Shown here in pieces: positions 36,334 through 45,205 of a stretch of 64,000 bases of DNA. The stretch covers positions 2,269 through 66,268 of the forward strand of contig JBFFRY010000010.1 in the NCBI GenBank assembly GCA_041572755.1, written 5' to 3'. Each line of letters starts with the position of its first letter. Position 1 is the stretch's first letter. A model generated the notes under the pieces. That model saw only the letters and a list, made by a program, of their open reading frames with translations, did no database searches and had not been told where the DNA came from. Source of the DNA: Acidimicrobiia bacterium (GTDB taxonomy: Bacteria > Actinomycetota > Acidimicrobiia > Spongiisociales > UBA11373). A program made the position numbers and the translations under genes.

Positions 36334-37272
36334 ATGGCCAAGGCAATGGTGACCGGTGGGGCCGGCTTCCTCGGAAGCCACGTGGTGGATCTCCTCGTCG
36401 ATGAGGGCTGGGAGGTGCTGGTGGTCGACGACCTCAGCAGCGGTGCCCTCGACGGGCTGGCCGGGGCGCGACGCCGCGGCAAGGTCTCGGTGCACGTCAC
36501 CGACATCAGGGCGGAGGAGCTCTCCGACGTGGCGACTCGGTTCGGGCCGAGTGTCGTCTTCCACCTGGCGGCCCAGATCAAGGTCCCCGCCTCGGTGGCC
36601 GACCCGATCGGGGACGCCGACATCAACATCCTCGGCACCCTCAACGTGCTCCAGGCGGCTCGCCGCTCCGGGGCCCGCCGGGTGGTGTTCGCCTCGTCGG
36701 GCGGGGCGGTGTACGGGCCCCGGGTGCGTATGCCGGCAACCGAACGATCGACCCGGGTGCCGCCGACGCCCTACGGGATCTCCAAGAAGGCCGTCGAGGA
36801 GTACTTCCGCTGGTTCGCCGACACCTACGGAATCGAGTACGTGCTCCTGGCGCCGTCGAACATCTACGGTCCCCGGCAGACCGCCGGCACCGAAGGCGGG
36901 GTGGTGGCGGTGTTCATCGAGAGGATGCTCGCCGGTGAGCGACCCACCATCTACGGCGACGGCAATCAGACCCGCGACTTCGTCTACGTGGCCGACGTGG
37001 CCGACGCCTTCGTGCGGGCCGCCCACGCCGGCGACGGGGTCTTCCTCAACATCTCCAGCGGCCTCGAGACGACCATCGTGGGCTTGTGTGACCGTATCGC
37101 CGAGCTCACGGGTTCCGGGCTCCGCCCCCAGTTCGAGGCTCCGCGCACCGGCGATGTGACCCGCTCGGTTCTCGATCCCTCCAAAGCCAATTCGGTGCTC
37201 GGCTGGGAACCGTGGACCTCGCTGGAGCGGGGTCTCACCGAGACCATCGCCTGGTTCCAGGCAAGGATCTAG
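36334..37272 (+). CDS. NAD-dependent epimerase/dehydratase (UDP-glucose 4-epimerase-like)
   Basis: VTGGAGFLGSH, HLAAQ, ASSGGAVYG, YGISK, NIYGPRQ, GDGNQTRDFVYV. Confidence 0.88.
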   Translation: MAKAMVTGGAGFLGSHVVDLLVDEGWEVLVVDDLSSGALDGLAGARRRGKVSVHVTDIRAEELSDVATRFGPSVVFHLAAQIKVPASVADPIGDADINILGTLNVLQAARRSGARRVVFASSGGAVYGPRVRMPATERSTRVPPTPYGISKKAVEEYFRWFADTYGIEYVLLAPSNIYGPRQTAGTEGGVVAVFIERMLAGERPTIYGDGNQTRDFVYVADVADAFVRAAHAGDGVFLNISSGLETTIVGLCDRIAELTGSGLRPQFEAPRTGDVTRSVLDPSKANSVLGWEPWTSLERGLTETIAWFQARI

Positions 37273-38162
37273 CCCTCGACCTCCAGCTCGTCGAGGCTGC
37301 GGGGCCAGTCGTCCTTGAGGATCCGGCTCAAGGCTCGGTCGGCGAGGATCCGGCCCTCGGTCTGGCATCCCGGGCAGTAGTTGGTCTCGTTGTCGGCGTA
37401 GCGGATCCGTTGGACGGGCGACGAGCACACCGGGCACGCCTCTCCGAATTTCCCGTGCACCGCCATCTCCTCTCGAAACGCAGTCACCTTCTCCGGGAAA
37501 CCGTCGCCGACCTCCGTCCGGAGGCGGTCGGTCCACTCGGTGAGGACGGCGACGGTCGCCTGACGCAGCCGGTCCAGCTCGTCGGCTTCCAGCGTGTCGC
37601 TGCGGGCCAGCGGGCTGAGGCGGGCCCGGTGCATGATCTCGTCGGCGTAGGCGCCGCCGATCCCCGAGATGAGGCGGGGGTCGGTGAGCGCCCGCTTCAA
37701 GGTGTGGCGTTCCGCCGTGACGGCGCCCTCGAAGTCTTCGGCTGCGACTTCGAGCGGCTCGATTCCTCCACGGTGGTGCGCCCGTGCCTCGTCGAGGCCC
37801 CGGGCCAGGTGGATGGAGGCTCTCTTCTTGGTGCCCTCCTCGGTCATCAGCACTGAGGCCGGACTGAAGTCGAAGGCCGCCAAGCCTCGCTTGCGGGGAA
37901 CGGCGCTGCCTCTGTCGCGCCACCGCAGCCGTCCGGCCACCATCAGATGGATGATCACGAACAGGTCGCCGTCGAGCTCCATCACGATCCGCTTCCCGAG
38001 CCGGCGGAAGCCGACCACCGTCCTGCCGCTCAGGGCGGCGGGCGAGGGGTCGACGGTTCGCAGCACCCAGGGGCTGCCGATCCTCAGCCCTTCGAGCCTG
38101 GTGCCGGCGATCAGCGCCTCGAGGCGCTCCACGTAGATCGCCACGTCGGGGAGCTCGGGCAT
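37269..38162 (-). CDS. Fpg/Nei family DNA glycosylase
   Basis: N-terminal MPELPD, GKR, HLMVAGR, H2TH GIGGAYADEI, Zn finger CPVC...YCPGCQ. Confidence 0.9.
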   Translation of the reverse strand: MPELPDVAIYVERLEALIAGTRLEGLRIGSPWVLRTVDPSPAALSGRTVVGFRRLGKRIVMELDGDLFVIIHLMVAGRLRWRDRGSAVPRKRGLAAFDFSPASVLMTEEGTKKRASIHLARGLDEARAHHRGGIEPLEVAAEDFEGAVTAERHTLKRALTDPRLISGIGGAYADEIMHRARLSPLARSDTLEADELDRLRQATVAVLTEWTDRLRTEVGDGFPEKVTAFREEMAVHGKFGEACPVCSSPVQRIRYADNETNYCPGCQTEGRILADRALSRILKDDWPRSLDELEVEG

Positions 38163-38863
38163 CAGCGGAACAGGTCCTCCCCAGGGGCGCGGACGAGGTC
38201 GGCACCTCGGCCCGCACCCGGCGGGAGCTCGAGTCCCCTGACCAGAGCGGCCGGTATCCCGGCCGACTTGCCCATCACCAGGTCGGCTGCGGCGGCGATC
38301 TCGTCGGCGATGGCGATCTCGGTGACGGCGAGGATTCGCCCCCCGCCGTCGACCGTTCCTCGGAGATCGAGGATGGGGGTCAGGCCGGAGACCCCGATGG
38401 CCACATCGCTGAGCCCGCGCCTCCAGGCCCGGCCGAAGGTGTCGCTGATGATGACCGCCGCATCGATACCGGTTTCCCGCAGGAGGCCCATGCGCAGGCG
38501 GTGAGCCGAACGGTCGGGGTCCTGGGGGAGGAGCACAGCCGTCCCCGGCTCGGTGTTGGAGCGGTCGACGCCGGCATTGGCACACACGAAGCCGTGGCGG
38601 GTCTTGGCGATGACGAGGTCGCCGCGACGGCGAAGCACCTCGACGGCTTGGCGTTCCACCAACGCGCGATAGGCGGACTCTTCGTCACCGTCGAGAGCGA
38701 CGACCGCCCCTTCGGCCTTGGAGACCACCTTGTGGGTCACCACCACCACGTCGCCTCCCCTGAGAGTGAGACCGATGCCGGTGAGGGCCTCGGCGAGGAT
38801 TCGGGTGAGGTCGTCGCCGGGCCGCACCTCACCGACGCCGGTGATCGGGTGGATCTCGATCAC
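38162..38863 (-). CDS. cofE: Coenzyme F420-0:L-glutamate ligase (short form, no nitroreductase domain)
   Basis: GEVRPGDDL, THKVVSKAEG, CANAGVDRSN, DPDRSA, SDTFGRAWRRG, ADEIAAAADLVMGK. Confidence 0.92.
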   Translation of the reverse strand: MIEIHPITGVGEVRPGDDLTRILAEALTGIGLTLRGGDVVVVTHKVVSKAEGAVVALDGDEESAYRALVERQAVEVLRRRGDLVIAKTRHGFVCANAGVDRSNTEPGTAVLLPQDPDRSAHRLRMGLLRETGIDAAVIISDTFGRAWRRGLSDVAIGVSGLTPILDLRGTVDGGGRILAVTEIAIADEIAAAADLVMGKSAGIPAALVRGLELPPGAGRGADLVRAPGEDLFR

Positions 38864-39801
38864 GCCGCCGCCTCCAGCAGTTTCTCGGCGAACGATGCGG
38901 CGGCCGCCGGTTCGGCGATCCTGGTGTCGAGCACCGAGATCGCCGCACCGGATGCCGCCAGGCCGTCCGCTTCGGCGGCGTCGCCGCGATCGATCACGAG
39001 GCGGTCGACGAGGCCCTCGTAGGCGGCGAGCACCCCGGTGTTGCCCGGAGGCAAGCCGAGGCTCGCCATGACGCGATCCGCCGGCCCCTTGAGGGCCTTG
39101 CCGCCGAACAACGGACTGACGACCACCGTGGCGGCTCGGGCCACGGCCTTCCGCACCCCCGGCACCGCCAGGATGGGCCACACCGACAAGGGCGGGTTGG
39201 AGGGGGCGACGACCACCAGATCGGCCCGGTCGATGGCTTCGAGCACCCCGGGAGCGGCGGCCGCCTCATCGGCGCCGGCGTACACGACCTCGGCCACCTC
39301 GTCGCTATGGGCCCTCATGACGAAGTACTCCTGGAACGACAGCCACTCGCCTTCCATGGTCCGGATTCGGGTTCGGAGAGGATCGTCGGTGACGGGGACG
39401 ACCCGGTGGGCGATGCCCATCGATGCGGCCAGCTTGTCGACGATCTCGGTCAGTGAGGAACCGGATTCGAGGGCCAGGGTGCGGAACACGTTGGTGACCA
39501 GGTCCTCGTCGCCGAGGCGGAACGTCGTGTCGATGCCGAGCCCGGCGAGCCGTTCCATCATGTCGAAGCTGTCGCCGGCGATACCCCAGCCGTGGGGGCC
39601 TTCGCGGCCCGCCAGCGTGTAGAGCACGGTGTCGAGATCGGGGGAGACGTGGAGCCCGTAGACCTCCTCGTCGTCGCCGACGTTGACGATCACCGTGAGG
39701 TGTTCGGGCGGGAGCACGGCGGCCAGACCCCGGGCGAGGCGGGCGCCGCCGACACCGCCCGAGAGCAGTGTGATCGTGGATGGTGATTGTGCTTGCGTCA
39801 C
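38860..39801 (-). CDS. cofD: 2-phospho-L-lactate transferase
   Basis: LSGGVGGARL, VNVGDD, SPDLDTVLYTLAG, FRLGDED, FQEYFV, APSNP, ALKGPA. Confidence 0.92.
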   Translation of the reverse strand: MTQAQSPSTITLLSGGVGGARLARGLAAVLPPEHLTVIVNVGDDEEVYGLHVSPDLDTVLYTLAGREGPHGWGIAGDSFDMMERLAGLGIDTTFRLGDEDLVTNVFRTLALESGSSLTEIVDKLAASMGIAHRVVPVTDDPLRTRIRTMEGEWLSFQEYFVMRAHSDEVAEVVYAGADEAAAAPGVLEAIDRADLVVVAPSNPPLSVWPILAVPGVRKAVARAATVVVSPLFGGKALKGPADRVMASLGLPPGNTGVLAAYEGLVDRLVIDRGDAAEADGLAASGAAISVLDTRIAEPAAAASFAEKLLEAAA

Positions 39802-39823
39802 CGGACCATAAGATTGGCGGGCC

Positions 39824-42616
39824 GTGACCTCTGATTCTGCCGAACGCCCCGCGCCCGCACCTGCAGTGGCGGCCGTCGTCATCGCCGACGATGCGACGAA
39901 GCTCGACGCGTGCCTGGCCGCCGTCGAGCGGCAAGTGTACGCCCCGGCGCTGATCTTCGTCGTGGGTGGAGACGATGACGTGCGGCGAATCGCCGGGGAG
40001 CGCGAGGCCGTGTGGCGTCGCGACGTCCGGACCTTGGCCGCCGATCTCGACCCGACGATCACCTATGTGTGGTTTGTTCGCGGTGGCGCCCGTCCCCGCG
40101 TCGATGCCCTGAGGGCCCTGATCACGGACGGCATGCGGGTCGACGCTTCGGTCGCCGGATCGAAGATCCTCGACGCGGAGCGGCCCGAGGTCCTGGTTTC
40201 GGTGGGGTACGCCACCGATGTGTTCGACGCTCCCTACTCGGGACTCCAGGAGGACGAGGTCGATCAGGAGCAATACGACGTCGTGCGCGACGTCTCGTCG
40301 GTTGCCGGGATCTCGATGCTGGTCCGCCGGGACCTGTTCTCCGGTCTGCGGGGCGTCGACCCGATCATGGCTCCCACCGCCGCCGCCATCGACTTCTGCC
40401 AGCGGGCCCGGCTGCGCGGGGGGCGCATCGTGGTGGTCCCCTCGTCCGAGGTTCTCTACGAGGCGCCCGATCGAGCCCCCGACTGGAGGGAGCGCGCCGG
40501 GGAGATCCGGGCGATGCTGAAGGTGTACAGCCCGGTCACGCTGCTCTGGGCGATACCTCTCGCCTTTGTGGTCGGTTTGGTGGAGAGCGCCGTGGCTCCT
40601 TTCCTGGGGCGGTGGCCGATCTTCGGGTTCCTGGCGGCCTGGGGCTGGAACCTGGCGCGTTTCCCTTCGGCCCTGAGGAGCCGCTTCGAGGCCCGACACG
40701 GCCGGACCGTCGGGGACGAGGAACTGTTCCGCTATCAGGTCGGGGGCTCGGCTCGGCTCCGCAGCCTCTACGACGATGCGCTCGAGACGATCCGGAGTCG
40801 CTTCCCGGAGGGGATCCTCTCCGGGTTCGGCGACGCTCTCGAGGCGAGCCAGGAGCGGGTGCGCCGGCCTTCCTTCCTCGTCGGCGCCGGGGCCGTCATC
40901 TTTGCGTTCACCGCCACCCGGGTCGTCTGGGGGGAACGGCTGCCGGTGGCGGGATTCTCTCTGCCGGCCCCCAACTCGGCGCTGGATGCCTTGAGTGCCT
41001 ACGCCGGTGGATGGAATCCGGCCGGTTTCGGGTCACCCGAGGTCTTGCATCCGAGTGTCGGGGCCACCGCTGTGGTCCAGCTGGCAGCCTTCGGACGCAG
41101 CGGCCTGGCCGTGGCGCTGTTGACGCTCGGGGCCTTTCTGGCGGGTGTGTTCGGCACGGCCCGAATGTTGCACCGGTGGGGTATCGGCTCGGTCGGCGGG
41201 TACCTGGCCGGAGTGGTGTTGATGGGGGGGCCGGCCACCCACGCCGTCGCCGAGGCCGGGAACTGGGCTCCGCTGGTCGGCCTGGCGGCGGTGCCCTGGG
41301 CGATCTCGGCGGCCCTCGCTCCCTGGCCGGCACACTGGATCGATCGGATAGTTCGGGTGGCATCGGTGATCCTGCCCACCGGCATCGTGGCGTTGTTCGC
41401 TCCCCAGGCGCTGCTGCTGCCGGCGGCGGTGGCCGCCGTGTGGGCGGTGGCCGGGCACGGGGACGACCGGGTGGCGCCTCTGATGCTCACTTTGGGCGGT
41501 GCCCTCGGCTCTCTGCCGCTTCTCATGCCCTGGATCCTCTACGTCGATCTCGGCGATTACCTGGGTCACGGTGCCGCGGCGTTCTGGGCACCTTCCTGGC
41601 CGGTGGTAGGAGCCGCCGCACTGGCCTTGATGGGGGCGCTGGTCGCCGGCGATCGGGCTACCGCCTCGGTGGCCGGCTGGGGCGCCATCATCGTCGGGAT
41701 CGGTGCGGTGGTGGCCCGGAGTGGGGACATCGGCTCGGGGCGGGAGGTCGAGACGGCCGGGCTCATGGCGGTCGCCCTCGGTCTGGCGGTGATCGCCGGT
41801 TCCGCCGTGGAGGTGGGGTTCCGGCGCGACCTTCTCGGTGGTGGGCGGCTGGCCTTGGGCTTGCTGGGTGTGGTGGCCGGCGTTGCCCTGGTGGCATCGA
41901 CTGTGGCGGTGGCTACGCCGGGACGGGCCGGACTCCCCGAGGACCGGCTCACCGGCACGTTCGACTTCGCCGCCGGCCCCGAGATCGAGGCGAGGGCCCG
42001 GGTGCTGGCGTTCGGTTCTGAGGAGTCCTTGCCGGGCACGTCCCGTGATCTGGAGGGCCTCGGCTATCGGGTGTTCCTGCCGCCGGTACCGAGCACGTGG
42101 GATGCCTATCTCAACGAGGCCCGCCTGGGGGACGAGGCACTCCACGACTTCCTGCTCCAGATGCTGGATGGAGACGTGCGGCGAGCCGGGGAGGCGCTGT
42201 CTTCCTTCGGTATCGGGTGGGTGGCCTTCCTGGAGCCGAGCCCTCTCTCCGACCTGTTCGAAGCACAGCTCGACATGGTCGGGCTGCGCTCCTTCGACCT
42301 CCCGGTGTTCCGCAACGAGGTGGCTGCTGCTCCCGCCGTTGCTGATGACGGGAGCCGATGGGTTCGCTCCGGCACCGGCTACCGGGCCCCCGAGGGCTCC
42401 GCGGCGGGGTGGGTGAGGGTCGCCGAGAACGCCGACTATCGCTGGGGCCCGGGGGAGTGGGCTCAGGATGACTGGGCCAATGTGATCGCCGAGCCCCAGG
42501 CCGAGGTCGCCTTTGCCGCCCACGGCCCGCGCCGCCTCGCGGCGATGGGTTCCGCCGGCTGGCTGATCGTCATCTTGGGGACCACGCTCGCCGGACGGTG
42601 GAGGCGACGGAGATGA
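39824..42616 (+). CDS. Large membrane protein with N-terminal GT2-like domain (actinobacterial, DUF5719-associated)
   Basis: GSK, EVDQEQYDVVRDV, MLVRRDLF..L.G.D, DFCQRAR..G.R.VVVP, followed by many TM helices. TAAGAT lies 9 nt upstream of the GTG. Confidence 0.8.
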   Translation: MTSDSAERPAPAPAVAAVVIADDATKLDACLAAVERQVYAPALIFVVGGDDDVRRIAGEREAVWRRDVRTLAADLDPTITYVWFVRGGARPRVDALRALITDGMRVDASVAGSKILDAERPEVLVSVGYATDVFDAPYSGLQEDEVDQEQYDVVRDVSSVAGISMLVRRDLFSGLRGVDPIMAPTAAAIDFCQRARLRGGRIVVVPSSEVLYEAPDRAPDWRERAGEIRAMLKVYSPVTLLWAIPLAFVVGLVESAVAPFLGRWPIFGFLAAWGWNLARFPSALRSRFEARHGRTVGDEELFRYQVGGSARLRSLYDDALETIRSRFPEGILSGFGDALEASQERVRRPSFLVGAGAVIFAFTATRVVWGERLPVAGFSLPAPNSALDALSAYAGGWNPAGFGSPEVLHPSVGATAVVQLAAFGRSGLAVALLTLGAFLAGVFGTARMLHRWGIGSVGGYLAGVVLMGGPATHAVAEAGNWAPLVGLAAVPWAISAALAPWPAHWIDRIVRVASVILPTGIVALFAPQALLLPAAVAAVWAVAGHGDDRVAPLMLTLGGALGSLPLLMPWILYVDLGDYLGHGAAAFWAPSWPVVGAAALALMGALVAGDRATASVAGWGAIIVGIGAVVARSGDIGSGREVETAGLMAVALGLAVIAGSAVEVGFRRDLLGGGRLALGLLGVVAGVALVASTVAVATPGRAGLPEDRLTGTFDFAAGPEIEARARVLAFGSEESLPGTSRDLEGLGYRVFLPPVPSTWDAYLNEARLGDEALHDFLLQMLDGDVRRAGEALSSFGIGWVAFLEPSPLSDLFEAQLDMVGLRSFDLPVFRNEVAAAPAVADDGSRWVRSGTGYRAPEGSAAGWVRVAENADYRWGPGEWAQDDWANVIAEPQAEVAFAAHGPRRLAAMGSAGWLIVILGTTLAGRWRRRR

Positions 42617-43944
42617 AGCGACTCATCGTGCTGGCGGTTGCCGGGCTGATCATTGCCGGGGCGGCGCTGTTGCCCGAGCCGGCTCCGCCGCCCGATCCTT
42701 TGGCCGGCCTGGTCATCGACCGGCCGGGTCTCGAGTCACCACTCGATGCCTCCATCTGGTATTGCCCCTGGGCTCAGGCGAACGCCAGCCGAGACTCGAT
42801 CCTGGCGGTGGTGTCGATGGATTCCGCCACGGCATTCCTGACCCTGCCGGTGGCGATTCCGGGTGAGGACCCGGATCAGGCCACGCTGCAGACCCTGGGA
42901 CCGGGGGCGGCGGCGGTGGCGCTGTCCGAGATCGCCCAGCGGGGCGACTCGCCCGGCTTCTTCGAGTTCGATGCCGGCCCGGCGGCCGCCTCGGTCACGG
43001 TGACCGGAGAGGAGCTGCTGGCGGCGGACGCCTGCATCGCTTCCGGTCCGGACGTGTGGTATTTCGCCGGCGGATCGACGATGGCCGGCGAGACGCTCAA
43101 GTTGCGACTGTTCAACCCCTTCCCCGAGACCGCCAAGATCTCGGTGGGCGCCGTGAGCGAGATCGGCACCGAGGCGATCGGCGAGTTGCGCAGTGTGTCG
43201 GTGAATCCCCGCTCGTGGCGCGACGTCACGTTCGAGGAGCTGCTTCGCCAGCGTCAGAACCTCGTGGTCACCGTCACCACCGACGAAGGCCTGATCGTGC
43301 CGGCGATGGCGATGACCAACGCCGACGGGGAAGCGTGGTGGCCGGGAACCGGGATCAGCCAGCGATGGGAGTTCCCGGTGGTGAGGTTCGGTGAGCTCGA
43401 GGATGCGGCGCTGGTGCTTTCCAATCCCGGCTTGACGGCCGCCAACGTGACCGTCGACGTGCTCACGCCGACCGGTCCCCGGCCGGCGGCCTTCACGCTG
43501 CAGATCGAGGCCGATTCCCCGGGCCGGGTTTCGTTCGCTGCGATCACGGACGAGGTGATCGGGGCGCGAGTGATCGCCGACGTGCCGGTGACGGCCGCCG
43601 TGTTCGCTTCCGGTCCTGCCGGGCTGGCCGTCACCCCCGGTGTCCCCGCGCCGGCCAGGGTGTGGCTGCTCCCGGGGCTCCAGTCGATCGGGCTCCAGGA
43701 GGGTTCGCTGTGGCTGCTCAATGGGGGCGAGGAGGTGGCCTCGGTCACGATCACCGCGATCGGCTCCGAGGGCGTGGTCGCCGAGAATCTCATGATCGAG
43801 GCCGGCACCCAGCTGCAGGTCGCGGCGCTGCCCGACGCCATCGGCTACCTGGCGACGTCCAGCCAGCCCTTCAGTGCGGCGTGGAGCGTCATCGGCCCCG
43901 GCGGAGTCGCTTTCGCCTCCGGGTCGGCCGTCTCCGATGAGTGA
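42613..43944 (+). CDS. Secreted DUF5719-family protein
   Basis: Signal peptide; WYCP, AADAC...WYFAGGST, LRLFNPFPE.A, LVLSNPG; coupled to the GT2 gene via ATGA overlap. Confidence 0.75.
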   Translation: MKRLIVLAVAGLIIAGAALLPEPAPPPDPLAGLVIDRPGLESPLDASIWYCPWAQANASRDSILAVVSMDSATAFLTLPVAIPGEDPDQATLQTLGPGAAAVALSEIAQRGDSPGFFEFDAGPAAASVTVTGEELLAADACIASGPDVWYFAGGSTMAGETLKLRLFNPFPETAKISVGAVSEIGTEAIGELRSVSVNPRSWRDVTFEELLRQRQNLVVTVTTDEGLIVPAMAMTNADGEAWWPGTGISQRWEFPVVRFGELEDAALVLSNPGLTAANVTVDVLTPTGPRPAAFTLQIEADSPGRVSFAAITDEVIGARVIADVPVTAAVFASGPAGLAVTPGVPAPARVWLLPGLQSIGLQEGSLWLLNGGEEVASVTITAIGSEGVVAENLMIEAGTQLQVAALPDAIGYLATSSQPFSAAWSVIGPGGVAFASGSAVSDE

Positions 43945-44329
43945 GCCGGCGGTTCGGCTCTTCGTCGTCGGGGGCGTCACCGTGCTGGCGGCCCTCGTGG
44001 CCGGGTTCGCCCATCTCCGGGCTCGTAGGCGCCGGGTTCCCGAGATCGATGCGGAGGGTTTCGAGGGCAGGATCATCTTCTTCACCGAGCGGTCGTGTCC
44101 TTCGTGTGACACGGTCCGCGAGCTCCTGGCGCCGTTCGAGGTGGCGGAGTACCGCTACGAGGATGATCCCGAGCGCCTCTCCGGGGCCGGTGTCGACGCC
44201 GTCCCGGTGGTCGTGATCCGGGACGAAGCGGGCTTGGTGGTCGACCGGATCGCCGGGGTGCCGTCGATTCGCCGTCTGGCTGCAGGGATGCGGCGGGCCG
44301 GAATCACAAAATCGTCTTACCCGCGCTGA
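43937..44329 (+). CDS. Membrane-anchored thioredoxin-like protein
   Basis: N-terminal TM, FFTERSCPSC, V.AVP cis-Pro loop. Confidence 0.72.
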   Translation: MSEPAVRLFVVGGVTVLAALVAGFAHLRARRRRVPEIDAEGFEGRIIFFTERSCPSCDTVRELLAPFEVAEYRYEDDPERLSGAGVDAVPVVVIRDEAGLVVDRIAGVPSIRRLAAGMRRAGITKSSYPR

Positions 44330-44344
44330 TGGCGCGTAAGAATG

Positions 44345-44374
44345 ACGACCCTGGAATCACGACCCTGGAATCAC
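44345..44374. repeat. 14-bp tandem duplication ACGACCCTGGAATC x2 (+AC)
   Basis: Seen at 44345-44358 and 44359-44372. Confidence 0.85.
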
Positions 44375-44396
44375 AGCGGTGTGGTTCGCCGCTAGC

Positions 44397-44633
44397 ATGA
44401 CGGTTGTGATCGAGCGTTGTGCCCGCTGCGGAGCGCCTTCGGGGATTGTGATGTCGTTCGACTACGACGGCATGACCGTCTGGCTCGACGACATCACCGA
44501 CCCGGTGCCGCCGGGTGCCGGCTATCCGCTGTGTGAGGTGCACGCCGAGCGGATGAGCCCCCCGGTGGGGTGGACGCTGGTCGATCGGCGAGCCCCGGTG
44601 CGGCCGCTGTTCGTGTCGCTCGAGGTGGCGTGA
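44397..44633 (+). CDS. DUF3499-like small Zn-binding protein
   Basis: RCARCG.P....MSFDY...TVWLDD, YPLCEVHAERMSPPVGWTL. Start may be GTG 44406. Confidence 0.75.
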   Translation: MTVVIERCARCGAPSGIVMSFDYDGMTVWLDDITDPVPPGAGYPLCEVHAERMSPPVGWTLVDRRAPVRPLFVSLEVA

Positions 44634-44651
44634 TCTTCCGGGGGGTTCCGG

Positions 44652-44948
44652 TTGTTGGATCGTGACGTCATCGATGCGGTGCGCTCCATGGACGAGCACG
44701 ACCTGCGTCGGCTCCTGATGCTCGCCAAGGCCCGGCTGGAGGCGCAGGGCACGGAGTTCGGCGAGGCCGCCCCCCGGGTGCGGCTTCGCCGCCAGATGGT
44801 GCGGTGCGGCAAGGACGCCTGCACCCGCTGCCCCCACGGCCCCTACTGGTACGCCTATTGGCGGGAGGGTGGGAAGCGGCGCTCCCGCTACGTCGGGAAA
44901 CTCGACGAGGAAACGATCAACCAGGGACCCGGATCAACCGAAGGGTGA
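44652..44948 (+). CDS. DUF6788-like small Zn-binding protein
   Basis: RCGKDACTRCPHGPYWYAYWREGGKRRSRYVGK. Confidence 0.7.
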   Translation: MLDRDVIDAVRSMDEHDLRRLLMLAKARLEAQGTEFGEAAPRVRLRRQMVRCGKDACTRCPHGPYWYAYWREGGKRRSRYVGKLDEETINQGPGSTEG

Positions 44949-44956
44949 CTAGTCAC
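44945..44956. promoter_or_regulatory. Perfect 12-bp palindrome GTGACTAGTCAC (copy 1)
   Basis: Seen directly; an identical copy lies at 53692-53703. Confidence 0.5.
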
Positions 44957-44973
44957 TTCTCAGGAGGAAGGTC

Positions 44974-45174
44974 ATGCCGAGGACACCCCGGCGGGGAACC
45001 GATATCACGTGCGCCAGCTGCAGCGCCGCCGATGCCATCCAGATCGAGTTGACGCTCCCGGATGGCACCGACGTCTTCTTCAACTCCTGTCACCGGTGTG
45101 AGCACCGCTGGTGGCACGCCGACGGCGAGGTCCTCGATCTGACCGCGATCCTCGAGAAGTCGCGACGTACCTAA
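44974..45174 (+). CDS. Small Zn-ribbon hypothetical protein
   Basis: CASC...SCHRCEHRWW. Strong AGGAGG RBS. Confidence 0.72.
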   Translation: MPRTPRRGTDITCASCSAADAIQIELTLPDGTDVFFNSCHRCEHRWWHADGEVLDLTAILEKSRRT

Positions 45175-45205
45175 TACCCTGCGCTCGCGGTAGCCTGCGG
45201 GCTCT

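Noticed and set aside
44652-44948. Mobile element or integrase remnant around the DUF6788-like gene
   Set aside because: No transposase, recombinase, terminal inverted repeats or target-site duplication were found.
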